From: Spirochaetota bacterium
GTDB lineage: Bacteria; Spirochaetota; Spirochaetia; Treponematales; Treponemataceae
Reading direction: 5' to 3'
Assembly: GCA_029569885.1 (NCBI GenBank)
Contig: JAKQSN010000034.1
Location: 1,137-65,136, forward strand
DNA length: 64,000 nt
The notes under the pieces were generated by a model. That model saw only the letters and a program-made list of their open reading frames with translations, did no database searches and was not told the origin of the DNA. Shown one piece after another: positions 1 to 9,924 of this stretch. How positions within the stretch are numbered: the stretch's first letter is position 1; each line of letters opens with the position of its first letter. A program made the translations under genes and the position numbers.

Positions 1-1406
1 TCGGGCAGGACGCATTCGTCGTCTCTGAGTTTTATGTGTTCATCGGTCAGTGCGCCAATGTCGGTCCGTTTTCCGGAGGAGTTTCCCAGGCACCACAAGG
101 CTTGGACTGCGGCTCCCATGGCAGCGGCTTCGTCGCTTGCCGGCCGTTTGATGGGCAGGTTCATGACGTTCGCGGCAATCTGGCGCCACAGGGCGCTCTT
201 TGAGCCGCCGCCGATGAGCCTGATTTCCCGTGCGCGGAAGCCGAGCGCCTGGAAGGCTTCAAGGCCGATCCGCATGCCGAAGATGGCCGACTCCATTGCG
301 GCGCGGGCGATGTTTTCGCGGGTGCAGTTGGCAGCTGTCATTCCCATGATGCTTGCCCGTCCGTTCGGAAGGTTGGGGGTGCGCTCGCCGTTGAAAAAGG
401 GAATGAATACGACACCGCTGGAGCCGATCGGCGCTTTCGAGGCGCATTCGTCGAATTCTTTAACGCCGAGGCCGAACAGGGCGCGCGTCTGCTCGGTGGC
501 GACGGTGCAGTTCATGGTGCACAGGAGGGGCAGGTAGCCGCCGGTAGACGAGTTGAAGCCGGAAAGGCCCTTGTCGGGGTCGGCGAGGGGGCTGTCGGAG
601 TAGCCGTACAGGGTGCCCGATGTGCCGAGACTCATGGTCAGGAAGCCGTCCCGGACGGTTCCGGTCCCGATGGCTCCCATCATGTTGTCGCCGCCGCCTG
701 AGGAAACGGGTATGCCTCCCGGAATGCCAAAATGGAGGGCTGCATTCCGGGAAACGTTCCCGGCGGCTTGACTCGAGTCGATAATGTCGGGAAGGAGACC
801 GGCAAGATCGGGGTCTATGATGCCGCAGATACGTTGAGACCATTGGCGCCTGGCGCCGTTGAAAAGAGCTGTTCCGGATGCGTCGCCGCATTCCATTATG
901 TAATTCCCTGTAAGGAGGAAATTCAGGTAGTCGTGAGGGAGCATGATATACTTGAGCTGTGCATATGCAAGCGGTTTGTGCCGCTTGAGCCACAGAATCT
1001 TCGGGGCGGTGAAGCCGGGAAGCATCAGGTTGCACACTTCGGCGATGACTGCGTCGTTGCCGCCGGCTGCTTCGGTAATCAGACGGCATTCTTCTGCGGT
1101 CGATGTGTCGTTCCAGAGTTTTACGTTGTAGACGGCTTTTCCGTCTGCGTCGAGAGGAACGAATCCGTGCTGGTGGCCGGAGACGCCGATCGCCTGGATC
1201 GAGTCGCGTTCAGTTTGCGAAAACGATGCAAAACAGCGGGTCAGTGCTTCGTCGTACCATTCGGCTTTCTGTTCCCGTGTTCCGTCGTTGTGCGCTATCA
1301 TGTCGAGGCTTTCCTGAGCGCTTGCAACGACTTTTTTCGCTTCAGGATCGTAGAGAATGACTTTCATGCTCTGGGTTCCCATGTCGATTCCGGCTACTGT
1401 TTTCAT
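1..1406 (-). CDS. xylB: xylulokinase (FGGY carbohydrate kinase), 3' end runs off the window
   Basis: Manual translation from ATG at 1406: MKTVAGIDMGTQSMKVILYD...; FGGY motifs GGGDNM, SLGTSGT, PFFNGERTP and LIGGGSKS; RBS AGGGAG upstream. Absent from the ORF track because it is truncated. Confidence 0.85.
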   Translation of the reverse strand, partial: MKTVAGIDMGTQSMKVILYDPEAKKVVASAQESLDMIAHNDGTREQKAEWYDEALTRCFASFSQTERDSIQAIGVSGHQHGFVPLDADGKAVYNVKLWNDTSTAEECRLITEAAGGNDAVIAEVCNLMLPGFTAPKILWLKRHKPLAYAQLKYIMLPHDYLNFLLTGNYIMECGDASGTALFNGARRQWSQRICGIIDPDLAGLLPDIIDSSQAAGNVSRNAALHFGIPGGIPVSSGGGDNMMGAIGTGTVRDGFLTMSLGTSGTLYGYSDSPLADPDKGLSGFNSSTGGYLPLLCTMNCTVATEQTRALFGLGVKEFDECASKAPIGSSGVVFIPFFNGERTPNLPNGRASIMGMTAANCTRENIARAAMESAIFGMRIGLEAFQALGFRAREIRLIGGGSKSALWRQIAANVMNLPIKRPASDEAAAMGAAVQALWCLGNSSGKRTDIGALTDEHIKLRDDECVLP

Positions 1407-1462
1407 GTGCCTCTCTCCCTTTCTGTATAGAGTATAGGCTGGCCTCCTCGGCAACGGTATGG

Positions 1463-1500
1463 TCTAAGCTGATTTTTTATATCTAAAATTGATATTTTTT
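1463..1500. promoter_or_regulatory. putative AraC-type direct-repeat binding site
   Basis: TCTAAGCTGATTTTTT and TCTAAAATTGATATTTTT, with TGAT cores 20 bp apart, in the divergent xylB/araC gap. Confidence 0.45.
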
Positions 1501-1523
1501 CACTATTCAGCTACACTATACGC

Positions 1524-2447
1524 ATGAAGATTGAGGATTCTGTTTTTGTGTACCGGCTTTCCGGCGGGGACCGGCTTTCCTGGCACGGCCGCTACCATGC
1601 CCACGAAGCCCATGAATTCGAAATCCACTTTTTTATTGAAGGGGCGGGGCAGTTCCAGTGCAACCGCACGCGGTATCCCATTTCGCACGGTACTCTTTTT
1701 CTAACCGGTCCGCGCGAGTTTCATTCTATTATACCAGAAACAGGGCCTGATGCACGTCCGACGCCTCTGTCCTGGTATGCGTTTCTCTTCTCGTTCAGTC
1801 CGGATGCTCTGCCTGAATATGCCGAACTTGCCGAACGGCTCGAGTACGCCCTTTCATCCAGAAAGACGGTTCTTTCTATAGATGCCAACTTCCGGTTCCA
1901 GTTCGAGGACTTGTATCAACTTGCCCGCTCTCCGGACCGCGCGTTCCGCGATTCGGCCCGGCATCTTCTTTCGAGTTTCCTGTGGCGGTGGTTTGGCCGC
2001 AGCACACAACCTGACCCGCGCGATGGCACACATCCTGCCTCGCGCGATGGCACACATCCTGCCTCGCGCGCACCTGACCCGCGCGCGCAACTTTCAAGCG
2101 GACATGCCGAAAAAGCGCACGTGGAAAAGGCGCTGTCGCTCATGCAAAAGCAGGTGCGCGAGAATCTCCGGGTCGAAGACATCGCCTGGAAACTCGGCCT
2201 TTCAACAGAACACTTCATCCGCATCTTCCGCAATCAGGTTCGCATGACCCCCGGCCAATACTTTACCCGGCTCAAGGTGGAAGGCGCATCGGGCCTCCTC
2301 ATGTCGTCCGATAAATCCGTCGGCGAAATTTCCGACTGGTTCGGCTTCGAGAACCAGTTCCACTTCTCCCGCATTTTCCGGAAATGCACCGGCATGTCTC
2401 CCCTCGAATACCGGAAAACCTATTTGCAAGTTGTGGACTTCAACTAA
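1524..2447 (+). CDS. AraC family transcriptional regulator (cupin + HTH)
   Basis: N-terminal cupin (HAHEAHEFEIHFF...H); C-terminal AraC signature FGFENQFHFSRIFRKCTGMSPLEYRK. Confidence 0.92.
   Translation: MKIEDSVFVYRLSGGDRLSWHGRYHAHEAHEFEIHFFIEGAGQFQCNRTRYPISHGTLFLTGPREFHSIIPETGPDARPTPLSWYAFLFSFSPDALPEYAELAERLEYALSSRKTVLSIDANFRFQFEDLYQLARSPDRAFRDSARHLLSSFLWRWFGRSTQPDPRDGTHPASRDGTHPASRAPDPRAQLSSGHAEKAHVEKALSLMQKQVRENLRVEDIAWKLGLSTEHFIRIFRNQVRMTPGQYFTRLKVEGASGLLMSSDKSVGEISDWFGFENQFHFSRIFRKCTGMSPLEYRKTYLQVVDFN
2009..2085 (+). repeat. in-frame 24-bp tandem duplication in the AraC linker
   Basis: CGCGCGATGGCACACATCCTGCCT at 2017-2040 and 2041-2064, flanked by two copies of ACCTGACCCGCGCG. Confidence 0.9.
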
Positions 2448-2525
2448 CCGAAACCTGTGATATACTTGTCGAAACCTTACACAAATCGGTAAGGCCAGAC
2501 ATTCCATAGTACAGGGAGGATTCAC

Positions 2526-3572
2526 ATGTCCCACGCATTCATTCGCCCTCTCGCATCATTTCTGTTGCTTATTACCCTCTTCTTGGCTCTTACCGTATCG
2601 TCCTGCGCCAAAAAGGACACCCGGCTTGCCGTCGACACACAGGGGCGGACCGTCGTCGAACGGTATGGACAGCTGCAAGTAATCGGCACCAACCTCTGCA
2701 ATTCGGAAGGCACACCCGTACAGTTACGGGGCATGAGCTCCCACGGCCTGCAGTGGCACGGAAAATACGCAAATCCGGCCGTACTCCGCTGGCTCCGTGA
2801 CGACTGGAACGCGCAGCTCTGGCGCGCAGCCATGTACCTCACCGAAGGCGGCTACGTCACGAATCCCGCGCTCCGCCAGAAAGTCGTCGATTCCGTAGAA
2901 GCCGCAACCGAAGTCGGCATGTACGTCATCATCGACTGGCACGTCCACAAGGACCGCGATCCCCGCGCCTACCAGGACCGCGCTGTCGCATTCTTTACCG
3001 ACATGGCCCAGCGCTACGGCGACCGGCCCAACGTCATCTATGAAATCTGCAACGAACCGAACGGGCCCGATGTTACCTGGTCCGGCTCGATCAAACCCTA
3101 CGCAGAAACCGTAATTTCCGCAATCCGCCAACACGACCCGGACAACATCATCATCGTCGGCACCCCAAACTGGAGCCAGGACGTCGATGCCGCAGCACTC
3201 GACCCGATAACCGGACAGACAAACATCATGTACACCCTTCATTTCTACGCAGGCAGCCACGGCGACGAATTGCGCGCCAAAGCCCAAACCGCCCTCAAAG
3301 CCGGCCTTCCCCTGTTTGTCACCGAATGGGGCACCACACTCAATACCGGCGGCGGCGAATGCTTCCACGACAAAAGCCTCGAATGGCTATCCTTCATGAA
3401 AAAACACAACATTTCCTGGGCCAACTGGTCCGTCAACAACAAAGGCGAAGCCTCCGGCGCTCTCGTGTTCAACGCAGACCGCGACGCAAAAGGTTCCTGG
3501 AAACTGGAAGACCTCTCTCCAAACGGCGTGTTCATGCGCTCAGTTCTCAGAAACGAAATCAAAATCAAATAA
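2526..3572 (+). CDS. GH5 endoglucanase (GH5_2-like), predicted lipoprotein
   Basis: QLRGMSSHGLQW, IIDWH, YEICNEP (acid/base), LHFYA, FVTEWG (nucleophile); lipobox LTVSSC. Confidence 0.92.
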   Translation: MSHAFIRPLASFLLLITLFLALTVSSCAKKDTRLAVDTQGRTVVERYGQLQVIGTNLCNSEGTPVQLRGMSSHGLQWHGKYANPAVLRWLRDDWNAQLWRAAMYLTEGGYVTNPALRQKVVDSVEAATEVGMYVIIDWHVHKDRDPRAYQDRAVAFFTDMAQRYGDRPNVIYEICNEPNGPDVTWSGSIKPYAETVISAIRQHDPDNIIIVGTPNWSQDVDAAALDPITGQTNIMYTLHFYAGSHGDELRAKAQTALKAGLPLFVTEWGTTLNTGGGECFHDKSLEWLSFMKKHNISWANWSVNNKGEASGALVFNADRDAKGSWKLEDLSPNGVFMRSVLRNEIKIK

Positions 3573-3575
3573 AAC

Positions 3576-3705
3576 GAGGCACAACGACCCTCGACGGGGC
3601 GCGTGCAGACGGCCGGAGCCCCGGCGCGAAAAACCTTCCGGGGCGATTCTCGTCCCGACGCATGCTTCGCATGAACGGGAACCGATCGGGCAGGATGTTG
3701 CCGGC
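3576..3705 (+). repeat. structured intergenic element, copy A
   Basis: Shares ordered motifs and a stem layout with 25179-25299. Confidence 0.55.
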
Positions 3706-3760
3706 AGCGGAATTTTTTCGTTCGTAAACCGGTAAACCTGCAAAATCGATCAAATTTCAT

Positions 3761-3789
3761 TTGACAGATCAAAAAGCAGGGGGTAGTAT
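3761..3789 (+). promoter_or_regulatory. sigma70-type promoter of the sugar ABC operon
   Basis: TTGACA-17 bp-TAGTAT. Confidence 0.75.
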
Positions 3790-3801
3790 AAAGCAACAAA
3801 A

Positions 3802-3836
3802 GGCAACCGGTTGCCATAACTGGCAACCGGTTGCTA
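3802..3836. promoter_or_regulatory. tandem LacI-type operators
   Basis: Palindromes GGCAACCGGTTGCC (3802-3815) and TGGCAACCGGTTGCTA (3821-3836), centres 20 bp apart, downstream of the promoter. Confidence 0.75.
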
Positions 3837-3857
3837 AGAGTCAAAGAGGAGAGAAAC

Positions 3858-5132
3858 ATGAAGAAATTTCTAGTAGTGTGTGCCGCCGCAGCAGTCCTGC
3901 TCAGCGGATGTGCAAAGAAAGCGGAAACCGCAAAACAGGCCGAGTCGGCCGGTCCGCTCGTCGTATGGTCGTTCACCGACGAGATCAAGAACATGATCGA
4001 CAAGTACTACCTCGTCGACAATCCCGGAAAACAGATCGAATACTCGCTCACCCCGACCGATCAGTTCCCCAACAAGCTCGACCCGGTTCTCGCTTCCGGT
4101 TCCGGCGCTCCCGACGTCTTTGCTCTTGAAGACGCATTCGTACGCAAGTACATCGAATCCGGCCTGCTCCTCGACCTGAGCGATATTGCCGCCGAAGTCA
4201 AGGGCAAATCCCTTGCCTATCCGATCGAAGTCGGATCCTACGAAGGCAAGGTATACGGTCTTTCCTGGCAGGCAACCCCCGGCGCAATGTTCTACCGCCG
4301 CAGCCTCGCCAAAAAGTACCTTGGCACAGACGATCCCAAAGAAGTACAGAAATACATGTCCAGCCTCGACAAGTTCGTCGAAACTGCGGGTGTTCTCAAG
4401 TCAAAGTCCGGCGGCAAGTGCGTAGTTGTTTCCTCCACCGGCGATATGTTCATGCCCTTTAAAGGCGCACGCAAAGATCCGTGGGTTGTCGGCGGCAAGC
4501 TCGTCATCGATCCTGCAATGGTCTCGTACATGGAAATGGCAAAAACCCTTCGCGACAAGGGCTACGAAGGCCGCTCGCAGCAGTGGTCCGAAGGCTGGTT
4601 CAATGGTATGAAGGGAACGCTCAAGGACGAATCCGGAAAAGACGTAGAAGTATTCTCCTACCTCCTCCCCACCTGGGGTCTCCACTATGTTCTCAAGACC
4701 AATGCGCCTGACACCAGCGGCGATTGGGCTATGATTCCCGGACCGGCTCCTTATCGCTGGGGCGGTACCTGGATTGCAGCGTACAAGGGAACCAAGAATG
4801 TTGCAGCAGCCAAGGAATTCATCAAATACGTAACCTCCAGCGACAGCTTCCTGGAGCGCTGGGCAAAGGACACCGGCGACGTTGTTTCCAACACCGTTGT
4901 AACCGCAAAGATCAAGGACAGCTACTCCGAGCCCTTCCTTGGCGGTCAGAACCACTATGCAGAATTCGTCGACATGGCAAAGAATGTAGACGGCAAGCTG
5001 ACCCAGGGAACCGACCAGGCTATCGAAGCTCTGTTCAACGAAGCGGTTATTTCCTATGTAGAAGGCGAAAAATCCAAAGATAAAGCAATCGCAGATTTCA
5101 AGAGCCAGGTTAACGCCCAGCTCGGACTCTGA
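3858..5132 (+). CDS. sugar ABC transporter substrate-binding lipoprotein
   Basis: RBS GAGGAG then MKKFLVV...LLSGC lipobox; SBP_bac_1-like motifs (APDVF, MFYRRSL, WGGTW). Confidence 0.9.
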   Translation: MKKFLVVCAAAAVLLSGCAKKAETAKQAESAGPLVVWSFTDEIKNMIDKYYLVDNPGKQIEYSLTPTDQFPNKLDPVLASGSGAPDVFALEDAFVRKYIESGLLLDLSDIAAEVKGKSLAYPIEVGSYEGKVYGLSWQATPGAMFYRRSLAKKYLGTDDPKEVQKYMSSLDKFVETAGVLKSKSGGKCVVVSSTGDMFMPFKGARKDPWVVGGKLVIDPAMVSYMEMAKTLRDKGYEGRSQQWSEGWFNGMKGTLKDESGKDVEVFSYLLPTWGLHYVLKTNAPDTSGDWAMIPGPAPYRWGGTWIAAYKGTKNVAAAKEFIKYVTSSDSFLERWAKDTGDVVSNTVVTAKIKDSYSEPFLGGQNHYAEFVDMAKNVDGKLTQGTDQAIEALFNEAVISYVEGEKSKDKAIADFKSQVNAQLGL

Positions 5133-5347
5133 TGTCTGTACGGCCGGCCCCTCCGCCATGTGCGGCCCGGGACCGGCTCAACCGATATGCTCCCTGCGGA
5201 GATTGCAGGGAGCAGCATCCATCAATCCGGGGCGCGGTGAAGGTTTCCGATCCGCGCTTTTTTTATACCTGCTTTCGGGAATTCCGCCGGAAAACTTCGG
5301 CTGATGTACGATACTCCTGAACGCAGATTTGTCATGGGGGAAAACCG

Positions 5348-6340
5348 ATGAAGCAAAAAGCCGTAAGTACCGAACGGCGGCTAAACCGGTGGGGCTATGT
5401 ATTCGTCCTGCCGTTCGTGCTCGTATATTTTACTTTTCATTTTTATCCGACCGTTTATACCTTCATTTTGTCCTTCACCGATTTAAGAGGGCTAAGGTCC
5501 GACTTTACTCTTGTCGGCCTGGAGAACTTTGCAAAACTGGTCCGGGATCCCTATTTCTGGGGAGCTGTTCAGAATACGTTTATCATGTGGGGATTCAATT
5601 TTGCACCGCAGCTCGGGATCGCCCTGCTGCTCGCTATCTGGTTCTCCGATCTTCGACTGAATCTGAAAGGTGTAAGCCTGTTCAGGGCTGTTATCTATAT
5701 GCCCAACCTGCTGACAGCGGCGTCTGTCGCGCTCCTGTTCCGCAGCCTGTTTGCCTATCCGATCGGACCGGTAAATCAGTTCTTGCAGAATACGCTCGGC
5801 ATTTATCGAGAAGTCGTCCGCGACGGCCAGGTTATCTACGAAGCGTTCAACTTCTTTCGAAATGTCACCGCCTCTCGGGTGATTGTCGCATTCATCCAGT
5901 GGTGGATGTGGTACGGACACACCCTTATCATGCTAATGGCAGGCATCACCAGTATCTCCTCGACGCTGTACGAATCCGCGCTTGTAGACGGCGCCAACAG
6001 CCGCCAGACAACGTTCTACATCACACTGCCGCTGCTTCGTCCAATGATGTTGTACATACTGGTCACATCTATGATCGGTGGTATGCAGATGCTCGATGTT
6101 CCGTTCCTGCTTACCGATATGCGCGGAGCTCCGGACTTTAAGATTCGGACAACCAGTGTGTATCTCTATAACATGGCATTCCAGGGCCGCAACGATTATG
6201 CGTATGCAGCCGCAATCTCCATAGGTATATTCGTTATCACTATCATTCTTGCCCTGCTAATTTTCTTCTTCCTGCAGGACCGAAGCGAACTGAAAACGCA
6301 TGTCGCCAAAGCTTCGGAAAAGAAGGGAGGTAAAAAATGA
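5348..6340 (+). CDS. carbohydrate ABC transporter permease (MalF-like)
   Basis: Multiple TM helices; EAA motif LYESALVDGAN. Confidence 0.92.
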   Translation: MKQKAVSTERRLNRWGYVFVLPFVLVYFTFHFYPTVYTFILSFTDLRGLRSDFTLVGLENFAKLVRDPYFWGAVQNTFIMWGFNFAPQLGIALLLAIWFSDLRLNLKGVSLFRAVIYMPNLLTAASVALLFRSLFAYPIGPVNQFLQNTLGIYREVVRDGQVIYEAFNFFRNVTASRVIVAFIQWWMWYGHTLIMLMAGITSISSTLYESALVDGANSRQTTFYITLPLLRPMMLYILVTSMIGGMQMLDVPFLLTDMRGAPDFKIRTTSVYLYNMAFQGRNDYAYAAAISIGIFVITIILALLIFFFLQDRSELKTHVAKASEKKGGKK

Positions 6341-7179
6341 AATCAAGACAATCCGCTCTGTTTATACACCGCTTTATCTGTTATTCCGTCATGGTTATTC
6401 TGTTTGTGCTGGCGGTTGTGCCGATTTATCTTCTGCTCATTAATGCAACCCGCTCCACCGCTCAAATTAACGAAGGTCTAAGCCTTATCCCCGGCAACAA
6501 TATTGCCTACAACTGGAATGCTCTTACCCGCCGGGGCTTCAAGATCCAGCAAGGATTCTACAACAGCGTCTACCTTGCGTTCTGGATGACGCTGTTTGGT
6601 GTCTATTTCTCGGCAATGACTGCCTACGGACTTCATGTGTACCGTTTTATCGGCCGCCGATTTCTGTGGGGACTCATCCTGCTGGTTATGATGCTGCCGT
6701 CGTCGCTGTCGTTTATCGGTTTCTACCAGTTCATGGCGCGTATCAAGCTTACGGATAATTATCTTGCGCTCATCATACCGACGATCGCCTCGGCAGGTAC
6801 GGTTCTGTTCCTCCGCCAGTACTTGTCGTCGATTCTGTCTATGGAACTGGTCGACGCGGCGCGCATAGACGGAGCCGGCGAGATACGGACGTTCAACACC
6901 ATTGTTCTGCCAATTATCACGCCGGCACTTGCCACTCAGGCGATATTCTCGTTTGTCGGTTCCTGGAACAACTTCTTTACCCCCTTCGTTCTGCTTTCGA
7001 CCGAATCCAAGGCCACGCTTCCGATGCTCGTTCAGAAGCTTCGCGGCGACATTTACCGGACCGAGTACGGCGGAATCTATCTGGGAATCGCTGTTTCGAT
7101 CATTCCCATTCTGATTTTTTATGCGTTCATGTCCCGGTATATCATTTCCGGCATCACCATGGGTGGTGTAAAAGAATAA
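6337..7179 (+). CDS. carbohydrate ABC transporter permease (MalG-like)
   Basis: ELVDAARIDGAGE motif; C-terminal GITMGGVKE; ATGA overlap with the upstream permease. Confidence 0.92.
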   Translation: MKSRQSALFIHRFICYSVMVILFVLAVVPIYLLLINATRSTAQINEGLSLIPGNNIAYNWNALTRRGFKIQQGFYNSVYLAFWMTLFGVYFSAMTAYGLHVYRFIGRRFLWGLILLVMMLPSSLSFIGFYQFMARIKLTDNYLALIIPTIASAGTVLFLRQYLSSILSMELVDAARIDGAGEIRTFNTIVLPIITPALATQAIFSFVGSWNNFFTPFVLLSTESKATLPMLVQKLRGDIYRTEYGGIYLGIAVSIIPILIFYAFMSRYIISGITMGGVKE

Positions 7180-7204
7180 ATGCCGTTCGGCGGAGGTTTT
7201 TATC

Positions 7205-8830
7205 ATGCTGCGTGTCAAGAATCCGGTACTTCCCGGATTCCACGCCGATCCCTCGATTCTGAGAGTCGGCAACGAATACTACATAGCTAACTCGACGTTC
7301 GAGTGGTATCCGGGCGTGGAGATACACCGCTCGAGGGATATGGTCACCTGGGAAAAGGTTGCCTCTCCCTTGTCGGAAAAACGGCTCCTGGACATGGATG
7401 GAGCCCTTGCCTCCTGCGGCATCTGGGCTCCCTGTCTTTCCTGGTCGGACGGTCTTTTCTATCTGATTTACACGAATGTGCGCTCCTGGAACGCCGGAGC
7501 CTGGAAGGATACGCCGAATTATCTTACGACTGCTTCTTCCATTGAAGGGCCTTGGTCAGATCCGGTGTATTTAAACTCGTCAGGATTCGATCCGTCTCTT
7601 TTTCATGACGACGACGGCAGAAAATGGCTCGTCAACATGGAATGGGATTGGCGCAAAACCGGATCGCATCAGTTTTCTGGCATTCTCCTGCAGGAGTACA
7701 GCACCGAACAGAAAGCACTGGTTGGCCCAATACAAAAAATTTATCCCGGTTCAGAAATCGGCATGGTAGAAGGGCCCCATCTGTACAAAAAAAACGGATG
7801 GTATTATATTTTCGCTGCGGAAGGCGGCACATCGTACGAGCACGCAATGTCAGTCGGTCGATCGCGTTGTTTGACCGGTCCGTACGAGTTTCATCCGCAT
7901 AATCCGCTGCTCTCCAGTTACGGTCATCCGGAAATTCGTCTGCAGAAGTCCGGCCACGCCAGCTGGTGCGATACGCCCGACGGTCGAAGCTACCTGGCGT
8001 TTTTATGCGGCCGTCCGCTTCCCGGAACCCTGGACTGCGTTCTTGGTCGGGAAACGTCTATTGTCGAACTCGAATGGCGCGACGACTGGCCATATCTGAA
8101 GCCTGCTCCCGGCGAGGAACTGTTTCCCTCCGGGGCGGTCAGAAACTGGCCGGCCGACAGCTTCGAGCCTCCGGTTATTCTTGACGAGTACCGGAAGAAA
8201 GGTGAATTTCCGCCTGCAACAAAGAGCATTGAATATCGCTTCGACGGTTCTGCAATCCATCCGGATTTCAAGAACCTCAGGACTGAACGCGATCCTGAAG
8301 TGTATTCGCTGACATCCAGACCGGGCTTTCTTTCGCTGCGCGGCGGACAATCTCCGGTGTCCCACTGGGGCCAATCGCTGCTTGCCCGCAGGCAGACTGA
8401 TTTTTCTTTTTCTGCAGAAACAAAGCTCGAATTTGCGCCGACAAGTTTTCAGCATCTTGCAGGCTTGTGCTGGCGGTACGATGAAACGAACCAGTACCTG
8501 TGCGCCCTGACCTTCGATGAAAATCTCGGCAGGGTGCTGAAAGTACTCACCTTCGTCGACCGTCAGTTTATGCATTACGACCCTGTTCCCGTTCCTGGCG
8601 ACGGTCCCGTGTGGCTTGGTCTGACGGTTCAGGTCGATTCGGGCCGGTTCCGGTATTCTCCGGACGGAAAAACCTGGCGCATACTCAGGCCAGTCCTGTC
8701 TGCTGCAGTGCTCTCCGACGAATTCGGCGGTATGGGGTTTACCGGAGCGTTTACCGGTATGTTCTGCATCGACACTCTGGATTATACCGCCAGAGCGTAT
8801 TTCGAATCGTTCAAATATACGGTTCTGTAA
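7205..8830 (+). CDS. GH43 beta-xylosidase / arabinofuranosidase
   Basis: NPVLPGFHADPSI, WAP, GFDPSLFHDDDG, EGPHLYK; C-terminal beta-sandwich ending GFTGAFTG. Confidence 0.92.
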   Translation: MLRVKNPVLPGFHADPSILRVGNEYYIANSTFEWYPGVEIHRSRDMVTWEKVASPLSEKRLLDMDGALASCGIWAPCLSWSDGLFYLIYTNVRSWNAGAWKDTPNYLTTASSIEGPWSDPVYLNSSGFDPSLFHDDDGRKWLVNMEWDWRKTGSHQFSGILLQEYSTEQKALVGPIQKIYPGSEIGMVEGPHLYKKNGWYYIFAAEGGTSYEHAMSVGRSRCLTGPYEFHPHNPLLSSYGHPEIRLQKSGHASWCDTPDGRSYLAFLCGRPLPGTLDCVLGRETSIVELEWRDDWPYLKPAPGEELFPSGAVRNWPADSFEPPVILDEYRKKGEFPPATKSIEYRFDGSAIHPDFKNLRTERDPEVYSLTSRPGFLSLRGGQSPVSHWGQSLLARRQTDFSFSAETKLEFAPTSFQHLAGLCWRYDETNQYLCALTFDENLGRVLKVLTFVDRQFMHYDPVPVPGDGPVWLGLTVQVDSGRFRYSPDGKTWRILRPVLSAAVLSDEFGGMGFTGAFTGMFCIDTLDYTARAYFESFKYTVL

Positions 8831-8849
8831 GGCGGTTTACTGTACTAAC

Positions 8850-9866
8850 ATGGTTACAATCTATGACATTGCCAAGGCAACAGGTTTTTCTCCTCCGTCG
8901 GTATCCAAAGCGCTTAACGGTACCGGCGGTTTGAGTGCCGAAAGCCGTGAGATAATACTCAAGACTGCAGTCGAAATGGGGTATACCCCGAATATGACTG
9001 CACGGGCTTTGTCGACCAGCCGCTCGAACCTGATTGGCGTTATATATGAAGACTATTACATGCTCATGGGTTTCAAACACCCGTTGTTCAGCGAAATTTT
9101 GAACAGTTTCAGAACCGTTATCGAAAACGGCGGGTACGATCTTCTGTTCCTCTCGCGTACGCTGGGGGAACGGAAGATGACCTATTCCGACCACTGCAGA
9201 TTCCGGAATGTCGACGGCGTACTGATTCTGAACCCTGTTCCGGGCGATCATGAAATATTCCGGCTGGTTGATACCGGAATACCCTGCGTGTCTGCGAACG
9301 AACCAATAGCAGGCATCAGTACTGTCATCACCGAAAATATCAGCGGCGCCAAGGAAGGCATGGACTATCTGATGCGGCTTGGACACCGCAAGATAGCCTG
9401 TATTTCAGGGCCGCTCCTTAAAACGGCACCTGCGGCCATGGAACGGCTGATTGGATACCGGGAATCGCTTGCAGAGAACGGAATCGAATACGACGAAAAC
9501 CTTGTGGAAGAAAGCCGTTTCTGGCACGCCCAGGCAGGCTATGAGGCAGCTGTGCGCTTGCTTTCGCGCACAACCGGATTTACCGCAATCTTTGCCGGAA
9601 ATGATACGCTCGCGAACGGTATTAAGCTCGCTCTTGAAGACAACGGCATCTACATCCCTCATGACGTTTCGCTGATCGGCTTTGACGGCGACGATAACGG
9701 AGCGTTCATGACTCCTGCGCTGACAACCATGCGTCAGGACAGTGCGTTAATCGGCGCAAAAGCGGCAGAAATTCTTATCCGGAGGCTTTCAGGCCATCTG
9801 GAAGTAGAAACGGTCCGTATTCCGGCAACCCTTCTTGAACGCGGGTCCTGCAGACCCCTGCTGTAA
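8850..9866 (+). CDS. LacI family transcriptional regulator
   Basis: MVTIYDIAKATGFSPPSVSKALN HTH, hinge YTPNMTARAL, periplasmic-binding-fold core. Confidence 0.95.
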   Translation: MVTIYDIAKATGFSPPSVSKALNGTGGLSAESREIILKTAVEMGYTPNMTARALSTSRSNLIGVIYEDYYMLMGFKHPLFSEILNSFRTVIENGGYDLLFLSRTLGERKMTYSDHCRFRNVDGVLILNPVPGDHEIFRLVDTGIPCVSANEPIAGISTVITENISGAKEGMDYLMRLGHRKIACISGPLLKTAPAAMERLIGYRESLAENGIEYDENLVEESRFWHAQAGYEAAVRLLSRTTGFTAIFAGNDTLANGIKLALEDNGIYIPHDVSLIGFDGDDNGAFMTPALTTMRQDSALIGAKAAEILIRRLSGHLEVETVRIPATLLERGSCRPLL

Positions 9867-9924
9867 AGCGAATTCTCCCGGTTATTACGGCTCTATCAAA
9901 AATCGGATAGTTTTGAAAGAGCCT

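Noticed and set aside
34-1430. Plus-strand ORFs over 34-1430
   Set aside because: Shadows of the minus-strand xylulokinase.
5133-5347. Hairpins after the sugar-binding protein gene as a novel RNA
   Set aside because: Adequately explained as the usual intercistronic stabiliser/attenuator in ABC operons.
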